The notes below the pieces were generated by a model that saw nothing but the letters and a program-made list of their open reading frames with translations, was not told the origin of the DNA and made no database searches. From Promethearchaeati archaeon (lineage in GTDB: Archaea > Asgardarchaeota > Heimdallarchaeia > Heimdallarchaeales > Heimdallarchaeaceae), in NCBI GenBank assembly GCA_013166775.1, contig JABLTJ010000014.1:20254-84253 (forward strand): a stretch of DNA of 64,000 bases, read 5' to 3'. Positions within the stretch are counted from its first letter, which is position 1. Each line of letters starts with the position of its first letter. Below are positions 29,185 through 39,040 of this stretch, in pieces. The translations under genes and the position numbers were made by a program.

Positions 29185-30257
29185 TCATTTTCTCTTGTGT
29201 TTTTGATGAATTTCCGCTTCCTAAGTTTTACAGTATTTCTTACAGCAATAACAACCTCTGAGAATGCGAAAATTCCAAACGAATATACAATGAAAACTAT
29301 TACAACAATTCTTACAAAAGGAGAAAATGACTTATCAAATCTCAGATATAGATAAATCAAACCAGTGCCAAGTTCATAGAAAGGTTGAAAGATGTCATAA
29401 ACCAGATTATCCTTATATCTTCCTAGGATTTCAACTCCAAATGAATCTATAATAAATTCCGTTTTTCCTTCTCTTAATTGATCCATCAATGCTTCTTTAG
29501 TGAATTCAGTTACATTGATAGCAGTCCATGCATTAACTTTTCCTCCATCGGATCTATCAGGTGAGTGTATATCTGTTCCAGTAATCAGACTTATCGAAAC
29601 ATTATGTTCTAAATAATAATCATATGATAAGTGATCAAAGTCTTGTCCATTCACTATTTCAAAAAAATCTACTCCCCATGATACTAATTGATTTCTTGAA
29701 GGAGTAATATCCCCAAATGATCTTTCACTGTATAATAAATGATTAGCAGTTACAACCCCTCCTTGATTATGAACTTCATTTATTGCTTCAATAATATCTT
29801 CTGTAGTTGGATTTAGAGGTATCTTCAGGTTCCATTCCTCAATACCTAAAAAATTTAGATGTAATCGTCTAGTTGTCCATTCCATTCCTTGAAGAACTAT
29901 TATCTCATTTTTGTATTCATTTGCTAAATCAGCGATCTCCTCAGAGTTTTTTAGTGTGTTATGATCTGTTATAGCGAAAGCATTGAATCCCAAAGCTTTA
30001 TGCCATTCAATACTCTGTCTTATAGTTAATTTTCCATCACTATATTTTGTATGTGAATGCTGATCAAATAATATATCATAAGTTACATTTGTATTAGGAA
30101 CAAACGGCTGAAGATCCTCCCAGCTGTCGTCAAAATAATTTCTTTCAGCTGGTCCAAATTTCGCTAAAAGTACGCTTATAATCATTATGGAACCTATAAT
30201 TAGGAAGAACACTAATAGATGTTTTACTATTTTCGGTAACTTCCTAGGGAGTTTCAT
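29181..30257 (-). CDS. PHP-domain metal-dependent phosphoesterase, membrane-anchored at both ends
   Basis: 358 aa. N-terminal TM helix. PHP motif LFDQHSHTKYSDG, further His/Asp blocks AITDHNT and TGTDIHSP, then a C-terminal hydrophobic segment. Confidence 0.7.
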   Translation of the reverse strand: MKLPRKLPKIVKHLLVFFLIIGSIMIISVLLAKFGPAERNYFDDSWEDLQPFVPNTNVTYDILFDQHSHTKYSDGKLTIRQSIEWHKALGFNAFAITDHNTLKNSEEIADLANEYKNEIIVLQGMEWTTRRLHLNFLGIEEWNLKIPLNPTTEDIIEAINEVHNQGGVVTANHLLYSERSFGDITPSRNQLVSWGVDFFEIVNGQDFDHLSYDYYLEHNVSISLITGTDIHSPDRSDGGKVNAWTAINVTEFTKEALMDQLREGKTEFIIDSFGVEILGRYKDNLVYDIFQPFYELGTGLIYLYLRFDKSFSPFVRIVVIVFIVYSFGIFAFSEVVIAVRNTVKLRKRKFIKNTREND

Positions 30258-30321
30258 TTTTACTACATCTATGTTTTTTTATAATAGATTTAAATTTCAT
30301 CTAAGAGTCCTATTACTTTCC

Positions 30322-30744
30322 TCATTTAATTGTATCTGAATTCTTATAGTGATCTGCTGATATATCATCAAATAGAGTAGCTACTTCACTGAGAAATGCT
30401 ATCTTCTTAGCTGCTTCACTGTAAAAATCACCTATTGTTCTTTCTATTTTCTTTCCGATTATACTCAATGAAAAGCTTTTCACGTTTTCCTCGATTTGTT
30501 GAGCTATTTGATATAGATTTGGACTAAAATCCTTTATGGGTTCGAGGATCATTTCAGTAGTATTTTCTCTTCGAACTCTTATCAGCTTTTTGATTCTTTT
30601 TTCATACTGAGGAAGCAAGTTCTTGAAATCTTCACAATCTATGTTGTTTTCATAAAATTCCTTAGCTTGGTCTTCTATTTTCACAGCAAATTTCAATACA
30701 GCCCCTAATGTTACTAAACTCATTAATTCACCTTTTAGAACCAT
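30322..30744 (-). CDS. Hypothetical helical protein, co-transcribed with the aldehyde dehydrogenase
   Basis: 140 aa. Its start overlaps the upstream gene's stop by 10 nt (or ATG 30723 sits 11 nt after it). No motif recognised. Confidence 0.45.
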   Translation of the reverse strand: MVLKGELMSLVTLGAVLKFAVKIEDQAKEFYENNIDCEDFKNLLPQYEKRIKKLIRVRRENTTEMILEPIKDFSPNLYQIAQQIEENVKSFSLSIIGKKIERTIGDFYSEAAKKIAFLSEVATLFDDISADHYKNSDTIK

Positions 30745-32192
30745 CTTGTAATAACTACTTTCTCTTCAGTGAAGAAATCAACAGCATTTTTCCCTTGACC
30801 ATGAAGATCTCCTTTGAAGCTGTCTTTCATTCCTGAGAAAGGAAAAGTAGCAATTGGAGCAGCTACACCTACATTTATTCCAATATTTCCTGCTCTTACA
30901 TTATATTGATATTCTCTTGCTGTTTTCCCATCAGAAGTGAATATTGAAGAAGCATTACCATAAGGATTAGCATGAATTATATCTATAGCATTGTTTAGAT
31001 TTTTAACTTGTATTATAGGTATCACTGGACCAAAAATTTCATCCTTAGCTATTGTCATTTCAGGAGTAACTTTATCGAAAATTGTAGGACCAATAAAGAA
31101 TCCTTTTGAAAGCTTATCCTCAACTTCAACATTTCTTCCATCAAGAATAAGTTCAGCTCCTTCATCTATACCTGTCTCAATAATTCTAAGAACATTTTTC
31201 ATCCCAGCTTCTGATGCGAGTGGTCCCAGATGTACGCTTTCATCTAATCCATCACCAACTTTAATTTTCTTAGCTGATTCAAGAATTGCATCTTTTAAGG
31301 ATTCATAGATATCTCCAACAGCTAGAAGAACACCACCCGCAAGACATCTTTGACCAGTGTTACCTAAGAAAGATGTTATTAGATTAGGAACTGTTCTTTC
31401 GAGGTTTGCATCTGGCATAACTGTGATGAAGTTTTTAGCCCCTCCTTGTACTTGAACTCTTTTTCCTGCTTCCCCACATTTCTTGTACAAGAGTTTTCCA
31501 ACTTTTGTTGAACCTACAAAAGACATACCAATTGTATCAGGACTCTCAATGAGTGTATTGACTGCTTCAGCTCCTCCATGAACTAGATTAATTACCCCTT
31601 TAGGTAATCCTATCTCATCTAGAAGCTCGAATTGTTTTACCATAGTTAAAGGGCATTGATCTGAGGGTTTGACAATATATGTATTTCCTGTTGCAATTGC
31701 ATAGGGCCAAAACCATGAAGGTACCATTGCAGGAAAATTAAAAGGAGCTACGCAGAAGAACACACCTAGAGGTTGTTTGATTACCATCTCATCTATACCT
31801 GAAGCTACATCCTCAAAATTATACCCCAGTTGAAGAGATGGGATACTAGTTGCTACTTCAACATTTTCTATAGTTCTACGATATTCTCCTATAGACTCAT
31901 CTATGATTTTTCCATGCTCGAGAGTAGTAATTTCTGCTAGCTCCTCAAAGTTCTCTTCCAAAGCATCACGAAAATCAAAAAGATAACGGATTCTAGATTG
32001 AGCTGGAGTTGTCCTCCACTTCCAGAAAGCTTCTTTAGCAGCTTCAATTGCTTGGTTAACTTCTCGACTTGTACTCATAGGTGTCTTTGCAAGCAATTCT
32101 CCAATTGCAGGATTAATAACATCTCTCGTCTTTTCTGATTCTGATTCAACCCACTTCCCGTTTACATAATTTTTAAGAATTTCTCCTTTCAT
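30735..32192 (-). CDS. mmsA: CoA-acylating methylmalonate/malonate-semialdehyde dehydrogenase
   Basis: 485 aa. VNGKWVES, the family-specific APFNFPAMVPSWFWPYAIATGNTYIVKPS, and the catalytic Cys block GNTGQRCLA. Confidence 0.85.
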   Translation of the reverse strand: MKGEILKNYVNGKWVESESEKTRDVINPAIGELLAKTPMSTSREVNQAIEAAKEAFWKWRTTPAQSRIRYLFDFRDALEENFEELAEITTLEHGKIIDESIGEYRRTIENVEVATSIPSLQLGYNFEDVASGIDEMVIKQPLGVFFCVAPFNFPAMVPSWFWPYAIATGNTYIVKPSDQCPLTMVKQFELLDEIGLPKGVINLVHGGAEAVNTLIESPDTIGMSFVGSTKVGKLLYKKCGEAGKRVQVQGGAKNFITVMPDANLERTVPNLITSFLGNTGQRCLAGGVLLAVGDIYESLKDAILESAKKIKVGDGLDESVHLGPLASEAGMKNVLRIIETGIDEGAELILDGRNVEVEDKLSKGFFIGPTIFDKVTPEMTIAKDEIFGPVIPIIQVKNLNNAIDIIHANPYGNASSIFTSDGKTAREYQYNVRAGNIGINVGVAAPIATFPFSGMKDSFKGDLHGQGKNAVDFFTEEKVVITRWF

Positions 32193-32337
32193 ATCATCAC
32201 TTCAAGATAAAGAACCATTTTTCAACTCTAATCAATGAAAGATTATTTGCTTATAAGTTTTTTACATTCATAAACTCGAATATTTTAGAGGAGAAATTTT
32301 AAATACAATTTATCATATCAAAATCAAATTAAGTGAA

Positions 32338-33639
32338 GTGAACGAATTGGATTCTAAAGAAATAATGAAAAAAGACAAAGAATTCTATGTTCAAGGATAT
32401 AACAGAGTCCCTATAGTCTTAACAGAAGGGAAAGGAGCGATACTCAAAGATATAGATGGGGAGGAATATATAGATTGTTTTGCTGGAATAGCAGTATCGA
32501 ATGTTGGACATGCTCACAAAAGATTAGTAAAAGCTGCTTCAGAACAAATGTCCAAGCTAATCCACACTTCAGGTCGGTTTTTTAACATACCTCAAACGCT
32601 CTTAGTTGAAAAACTTGCTGAAATTACTCCAGAGAATCTGAAGTATACATATCTTTGTAACAGTGGTACTGAAGCTGTTGAAAATGCAGTTAAACTTGTG
32701 AAGAAGTATGCCTACTCTAAAGGTAAAGCTGGAGCTGAGTTAATAGCATTGGAATGTTCTTTCCATGGTAGATTAGGTTATTCATTAAGTCTAACTGGGC
32801 AAGCTAAATACAAGAAAGGTTTTGGAACTTATGCTAATGCCCCAGGTGTTGTTCATGCTCCTGTTCCATATAGTTATCGATCCAAATTACCTGAAGATGA
32901 GTTTGGTGTGGAAGTAGCTCTAGCTATAGGAGAAACAATTGATAGGCACACTACTGGTGATGTTGCAGCGTTTATTATGGAACCAATCCTAGGAGAAGGA
33001 GGGATAATTGTCCCACCAGATTCATATTTCCGAACACTTACTAAAATTCTAAAGGAGAGAGAAATTCCATTCATCTTAGATGAAGTCCAAACTGGATTTG
33101 GTAGAACAGGAAAATTGTTTGCAAGCAAATACTGGAATCTCAAACCAGATATAATGACACTTGCAAAAGGAATGGGTGGAGGAATGCCAATTGGAGCTGC
33201 AATTGCAACTAGCAAGATTGCTGAAAACGTAGAATCTGGTGATTTCTTTTCCACATATGGAGGGAATCCTGTTTGTAGTGCAGTTGCTCTTGAGAACATA
33301 GCAATCTTACATGAAGAAAATCTTATTCAAAATGCATCAAAAATAGGAAAAATCTTCTTTGAAGGATTGGAAGATCTACAATCTAAATATCCTGTCATAG
33401 GGGATGTGAGGGGTAAAGGATTAATGATAGGAATAGAACTAGTAAAAGATCTTGGGACTAAAAAACCAGCAACAGATGAAGCAAAGCTAATAGTTTCTTT
33501 TCTGAAAAACGAAGGAATTATAATAGGCTTAGGTGGAGTCTTCGGAAATGTTTTACGACTTCAACCCCCATTATGTATTAATGAGGAACAAGCAAATCAG
33601 GTTCTAAGTAAGATAAGCCAAGGGATGAACATACTCTAA
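32338..33639 (+). CDS. Class-III PLP aminotransferase (omega-amino acid / acetylornithine type)
   Basis: 433 aa with a GTG start. NSGTEAVENAVKL, DEVQTGFGRTGKLFA, and the PLP-Lys block MTLAKGMGGGMPIGA. Confidence 0.85.
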   Translation: MNELDSKEIMKKDKEFYVQGYNRVPIVLTEGKGAILKDIDGEEYIDCFAGIAVSNVGHAHKRLVKAASEQMSKLIHTSGRFFNIPQTLLVEKLAEITPENLKYTYLCNSGTEAVENAVKLVKKYAYSKGKAGAELIALECSFHGRLGYSLSLTGQAKYKKGFGTYANAPGVVHAPVPYSYRSKLPEDEFGVEVALAIGETIDRHTTGDVAAFIMEPILGEGGIIVPPDSYFRTLTKILKEREIPFILDEVQTGFGRTGKLFASKYWNLKPDIMTLAKGMGGGMPIGAAIATSKIAENVESGDFFSTYGGNPVCSAVALENIAILHEENLIQNASKIGKIFFEGLEDLQSKYPVIGDVRGKGLMIGIELVKDLGTKKPATDEAKLIVSFLKNEGIIIGLGGVFGNVLRLQPPLCINEEQANQVLSKISQGMNIL

Positions 33640-33722
33640 TAATAATGATGGAATATTGTATTAAAGCTGTATTCCGGAAAGACTTTTTAACTAGTATTTT
33701 TCAAATCCACTTGTGATTTTAT

Positions 33723-34622
33723 ATGACAAATGGGAATATTCATCGAATAACAATGAAAGATGTAGTTTACAATGCAGATAAGAATAATCCTCCTGTTTTA
33801 ACTATCGAATCAGGGGAAACAGTTATTTTCGAATGCAAGGATGCTTTCAATCAAGTTATTCAGAAACCAGAGGATTTACCAATAGATTTTGATATGGAAC
33901 ACATTAATCCTGCAACTGGACCAGTTTTTATTAAAGGAGCTGAACCAGGAGATACGTTGGAAGTACATATTGAAAAAATCGTTGTTGCTGAGCAAGGATC
34001 CTGTTGTATCATTCCAGATTTTGGATACTTAGCTCCAGAGTATACTGAACCATGGACAAGAATTGTACCAATAAAAAACGGTATAGCAGAATTCAGTGAT
34101 AAAGTAAAGATACCCATCGATCCTTTTCCAGGAACGTTAATTGTAGCACCAACAGAAGTAACTCATGACCATGGGACTCTAATTCCAAAAGAGTATGGTG
34201 GAAATATGGATAGCAGAGCATGCACAGAAGGAACAACTGTTTATCTACCTATATTTGTAGAAGGAGCTTTATTTGGCGTGGGTGATGTTCATGCTGTTCA
34301 AGGCGATGGAGAAGTATGTGGAACTGCTATTGAAGTTGATGCTGATGTTACAATAAAATTCATTGTTAATAAAACAAAGAAAATTGAAAGACCACAATAT
34401 GAAACTAAAGAACATTTCATGACTACAGCTTGGGGAGAAACAATTGACGAAGCCTGTAAAATAGCGTTAAGAGATATGATAGATTGGATTGTGAAAGAAA
34501 AGGGCTTAACTAGAGAAGAAGCATATACGTTGTGTAGTTGTGTTGTTGATATGCGAATAAGCCAAGTAGTGGATATCACTCCAGGTGTAAGAGCTGTATT
34601 ACCAAAATCAGTCTTTATCTAA
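33723..34622 (+). CDS. Acetamidase/formamidase family amidohydrolase
   Basis: 299 aa. PATGPVFIKGAEPGDTLEVHI, GGNMD and GDVHAVQGDGEVCGTAIE are typical FmdA/AmdA blocks. Confidence 0.8.
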   Translation: MTNGNIHRITMKDVVYNADKNNPPVLTIESGETVIFECKDAFNQVIQKPEDLPIDFDMEHINPATGPVFIKGAEPGDTLEVHIEKIVVAEQGSCCIIPDFGYLAPEYTEPWTRIVPIKNGIAEFSDKVKIPIDPFPGTLIVAPTEVTHDHGTLIPKEYGGNMDSRACTEGTTVYLPIFVEGALFGVGDVHAVQGDGEVCGTAIEVDADVTIKFIVNKTKKIERPQYETKEHFMTTAWGETIDEACKIALRDMIDWIVKEKGLTREEAYTLCSCVVDMRISQVVDITPGVRAVLPKSVFI

Positions 34623-34692
34623 TTTCAATTACGTCGATTGATATAAAGAGTAAAGAAGAAGAAAGGAAAAGTGTGAATCTAATGTCTAGATT

Positions 34693-36461
34693 CTATTTTC
34701 GCTTTCTATTTTGAAGTCTTTTTCCGCTAGCGAAAATACAGATTACTACTAGAACAGCAAGGATTCCAGCAAGATTCATGTATTCGTAAACAGTTGGAAC
34801 TCCTATCAGATGCACTGTTAACCAGGAATCCCAGCTGTCAGGTCCTTTAGCATATCCCATTGTCCAATCTTCGAATTCATCAATTCTATAGAGAATTTTT
34901 TCTCCTAGAATGTTAATCGGTAAATAAGGAAGATCATTAGCTACTAATTCTTGAATAAAATCTAGTTTTTGTTTAATGATTATATCATCTGTTTCATATG
35001 ATATTTCTTCTGTAAGGTCTGATACTTCGTTTCTAACAATATTATTCCATCCAGGAATGTTTACGTTATCTGAACCCCACCAAAGATTTTTGCTAAACAA
35101 CCATTGTGCCCAGTGTGGATGGAAGTCACTCCAAAAACCAACCCATCCAGCGTAACACCAATCATAATCATACTTTCCTGGGTAATTGTAGTCTCCTCCA
35201 ACTTGACCAACTCCACCAATTGCTTGCCATAGAACAGAGAATAGAACTGGTGAAACAGATACGTTGATTCCCATTTCACTCATAAATCCTTTAATCAAGT
35301 TGACTGAATCAACAGATTCTTGTGATTCAGAGCTAACTAGAATTTCAAAAGATATTTCCGTACCATTAGCTTCTCTCCAACCATCAGCGTCAGAATCTAT
35401 CACTCCTATACTATCAAGTGTGGAATTAGCTAAAACAGTATTATAATTGTAGATTGGGATAGCAGGATTGTAGTAAGGTCCATAAGGAAGACTACATGAT
35501 GCAAGACAGACTTCACCAATTCCAAATCTTGCAATATCAATAACCTCAACTTGATTTATTCCATAAAGTATTGCTCTTCTGAATTCAGTAATATTATTCG
35601 GATAACGTCGTTGATTCAAAGCTAGGTACATCCAATAATCTTGGTAAGTTGAATGAACGTTGATATCTGGATCTATATCAGCATAATCTACTTGAGAAGG
35701 TGTACATTCTTCCACAACGTCAACAGTACTAGAATTAAGATAATGAAATGCCATTGATTGAACAGGGATTATTTTAATGATTTTTTGATTAACCCAAGGA
35801 CCACTTAAGTGATAGTTTTCATGTCTTGCTAGTTCAATCTCAACTCCATTAGTCATGCTTGCAAATTTAAATGGTCCACATCCTACTGGATTATCGTTAG
35901 TGAAATCATAGTAGTCGATATTTTTCCAAATATGTTCTGGGAGAATCCAGTCTGTACCAATATCAACTAGAACATCTACTGCTTTAAATCCATAGTCAAG
36001 TACTATTTCAACACTAAATTGACTTAATTTAGTTATTGATACAACGTTATCATATAACCAGTTTCGTCGAGGAATACCTGGATCATCAGCTAATGTTTGC
36101 CAAGTCCAAACCACGTCGTCTGCGTCGACAACCTGTCCATCATGCCAAAAAGCGTTAGATTTTATAGTAAAGGTATAAGTTGTTAGATCTGTCGAAATTT
36201 GCCAATCAGTACACAAAGCAGGTGTAGGTGAATTATTGACATCATAACGTACATAGGTTCATAGATGTGATCAATGATATAACCTTCATTAGACATTCCC
36301 CAAAACCAAGGATTCAAGGTTAGAATATCAGAATCTATAACTGTTGTGAGAGTTCCCGCATAATCCATTTTTTGAGCGAGAGTGGATAGTGTTGTAGAAA
36401 CTGATAAACTTGAAATGATTATTATAGTTATTAGAATATTTTTCCATTTTTTCATATTCAT
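34693..36461 (-). pseudogene. Family-5 peptide-binding protein paralog disrupted by a 1-nt frameshift (ORFs 36183-36461 and 34693-36216)
   Basis: The 92-aa ORF carries the signal peptide and ...GYIIDHIYEP. The other frame continues YVRYDVNNSPTPALCTDWQIS. The joined sequence aligns without gaps to the intact paralog (WHIYDPLVRLDLENQAYACIAESWSHS). The frame change maps to about 36255-36257. Confidence 0.75.
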
Positions 36462-36554
36462 CTTTCCATCTTTGTAAACTGCAGTTTATTCTTTTATAGA
36501 TTTAAAAAAATTTCTCGGTTAATATAGATTTCTTCAACTATCACGTTTTTTTGA

Positions 36555-37769
36555 ATGTTAGGTTTTTTAAGTGTGTATTTCCAAATATACGATAATAATA
36601 GGGTATTTGATTTGAAAAGAAGGAAGAATTTACTTGTTATGATTGTTTTTATTTTTTTAATTTTGTGCAGCTTTTATTCATTTACAATATCACTTTCTAG
36701 AGCAATAGAAAGAGATTACTGGCCTACTGAAGAATGGCAGGGTTCTACACCTCACAAACAAAAGATGGATGGTACACGACTTGATGAAATGGTTGAATAT
36801 ATTGATGAAAATTCGTTGCCAGTTGATTCAATAACTATTATTAGAAATGGATATATAATCTTCGAAGAACACTTTAGAGCTAGTTTCCCCGAGTTTAAAC
36901 ACGTGGTTTGGTCAGTAACAAAGAGCTTTACATCAGCGATATTTGGTATAGCTTTTTTTGAAGGTTACATAGAGGATGTAAATTCAAAGGTAGTTGACTA
37001 CTTTCCTGAGATTGAAATAGATGATTATTCTCTTGGAAAGGAAAATATCACTTTAGCCAATTTACTTACAATGACAGCTGGTTTTGATTGGACTGATGAT
37101 ATAAATTGGATGCTTATGGTTAGCTCTGAGAATCAAATTGATTACATACTCAATTTACCTATGATTTTCGAACCTTGGTCAGGTTGGAATTATGATACAG
37201 GAGGGACTCATCTGTTGTCTGCAATAATTCAGAAAGCAGTAGGGAATACTACATTAGAATATGCAAAAGAAAAATTGTTTGAACCAATTGGAATTAGTGA
37301 TTACACTTGGGACCTAGATAATCAAGGATATTACTATGGAGGACACGGAATTTATATGACACCAAGAGACATGGCAAGATTTGGGTATTTGTATCTCAAT
37401 AATGGTATGTGGGATGGAGAGATGATAATTCATCCAGATTGGGTAGGTAATTCTACCCTTCCAGTCATCGATTTCAGTGGTGGAGAAGGTTATGGAGGTC
37501 TGTGGTGGATCAGTTATGGAGATGAATACTATGCTGCAAGAGGGAGACATGGACAGATGATATATGTAGTTCCTGAGCACGATATTGTTGCTGTAGTTAC
37601 AGCATATTTTACTCCAACAGAAGGAGGATACATTCCAGATCAACTGTTTGAAAATTACGTTCTTCAAGCTATAGAAGGTCCAATAGATGAGACATCAATT
37701 TCTTTCTTTTTACCTTTGGTAGTTGGTATAGCTTCATTAGTCGTTGCAGAAAAAAAGAGAAAGAGATGA
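36555..37769 (+). CDS. Serine hydrolase, beta-lactamase-like family, extracytoplasmic with N- and C-terminal hydrophobic anchors
   Basis: 404 aa. S-x-x-K in VWSVTKSFTS. N-terminal TM segment. C-terminus SFFLPLVVGIASLVVAEKKRKR. Confidence 0.75.
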   Translation: MLGFLSVYFQIYDNNRVFDLKRRKNLLVMIVFIFLILCSFYSFTISLSRAIERDYWPTEEWQGSTPHKQKMDGTRLDEMVEYIDENSLPVDSITIIRNGYIIFEEHFRASFPEFKHVVWSVTKSFTSAIFGIAFFEGYIEDVNSKVVDYFPEIEIDDYSLGKENITLANLLTMTAGFDWTDDINWMLMVSSENQIDYILNLPMIFEPWSGWNYDTGGTHLLSAIIQKAVGNTTLEYAKEKLFEPIGISDYTWDLDNQGYYYGGHGIYMTPRDMARFGYLYLNNGMWDGEMIIHPDWVGNSTLPVIDFSGGEGYGGLWWISYGDEYYAARGRHGQMIYVVPEHDIVAVVTAYFTPTEGGYIPDQLFENYVLQAIEGPIDETSISFFLPLVVGIASLVVAEKKRKR

Positions 37770-37786
37770 AAAGAAAAAAACTAAAA

Positions 37787-38953
37787 CTACATCTTTGTTT
37801 TCTTTCTTTTTTTTCTAATAACAACAAAACCAGCTAAAATAATAACAGCAGTTGTATAGTAAATAAAACTTGTATTTGTTTTATCAGTTTCTACTTCTAA
37901 TACGGATGGATCTAAAACTGCCATTACTGCTTTTGTAGCGTTCAGAAGACCATAACCGAAGTAGATGTCTTTTCCCGGGTCACCTATGTCAGTAGCAGAT
38001 TTTCGTAAAATGTTTCTAATTTCACTTACTGACAAAGAATTATTGAGTGATTTCATTAAAGCAACAACAGCTGCGACTTGAGGACAAGCATAAGATGTTC
38101 CCCAACCCCAACCATATGTATTGTCAAGTGTAGTGCTATCAAGTCTATTACCAACAGGAGCGACAATTTCGGTCCAAGGAAGCCCGTAATTACTATATGA
38201 TGCTTTCAGATTATTAGCAGTTGAAGCTCCTACAGCAATCACTTCATCATAACCACCTGGGTAGGTTCGAAATTCTAGGCCACCATCATCTGTATTGCCA
38301 GTTATAGCAACAACCACAACATTATTTTCAACAGCATAAAGAATGTCATCATGATATATATCATCAGGAGACATGTTGTGAATACTTATGCTTAGCACAT
38401 CAGCTCCATTGTCAACTGCATATCTAATTGCATCACCAAAACCTAGGTATGAGACTCCAAGATAGTTATCCGAAGATAAAACTCGAACATCCATTATGGA
38501 AACATTCTGTGCTATACCAACTGGACCTTTACCGTTCAAAGGTGCTGCTATTAATCCTGTGATAAAAGTTCCATGACGATTAATGAGATCACCTGTTTCT
38601 GGTCCAGGATTGTTATCATCGTTAACAAAATCCCAACCTCTTATATCATCAACATAACCATTTCCATCATCATCTATGGAATTGTTACTTATCTCGTTTT
38701 CATTAATCCATGCAACATTTTGCAATTCAGAATGAAAAAAGTCTATTCCTGAATCTATTACAGCTACTGTTATATCTTTTGTACCATTTGTGATAGCCCA
38801 AGCTCCTTGACTTCCTATCAGATTATGATGATATGAATTTTCGAAATTTTGAGCTAAACCCAATTCCAATATTGTATTGTTTGAATTGAATAAGCTTAAG
38901 GAAAATAATAACAGCATATTCGATGCTATAAAAACGATTTTTCTTCTTTTCAT
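37787..38953 (-). CDS. Subtilisin-like serine protease (S8), C-terminally anchored, paralog A
   Basis: Asp in VAVIDSGIDF, His in NRHGTFITGLIA, Ser in GTSYACPQVAAVVAL. Ca-loop DDDGNGYVDDIRGWDF. C-terminal TM helix followed by RKKRKKTKM. Confidence 0.9.
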   Translation of the reverse strand: MKRRKIVFIASNMLLLFSLSLFNSNNTILELGLAQNFENSYHHNLIGSQGAWAITNGTKDITVAVIDSGIDFFHSELQNVAWINENEISNNSIDDDGNGYVDDIRGWDFVNDDNNPGPETGDLINRHGTFITGLIAAPLNGKGPVGIAQNVSIMDVRVLSSDNYLGVSYLGFGDAIRYAVDNGADVLSISIHNMSPDDIYHDDILYAVENNVVVVAITGNTDDGGLEFRTYPGGYDEVIAVGASTANNLKASYSNYGLPWTEIVAPVGNRLDSTTLDNTYGWGWGTSYACPQVAAVVALMKSLNNSLSVSEIRNILRKSATDIGDPGKDIYFGYGLLNATKAVMAVLDPSVLEVETDKTNTSFIYYTTAVIILAGFVVIRKKRKKTKM

Positions 38954-39040
38954 AACAAAAACTAGATTAAGATATTCAAAAACATTACTAATTTCCTAAA
39001 ATAAAGTGATGATAGTGGAAAATTAGAGGAGGAAAATATA

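Noticed and set aside
32874-33299. 141-aa minus-strand ORF inside the aminotransferase gene. Similar antisense ORFs lie at 30991-31308, 59147-59518, 63088-63573 and 9288-9572
   Set aside because: Each lies wholly within a gene carrying unambiguous family motifs on the opposite strand. None has its own motif or start context.
36183-36461. 92-aa ORF as an independent small secreted protein
   Set aside because: It is the signal peptide and first conserved block of the family-5 binding protein, which continues in another frame at 34693-36216.
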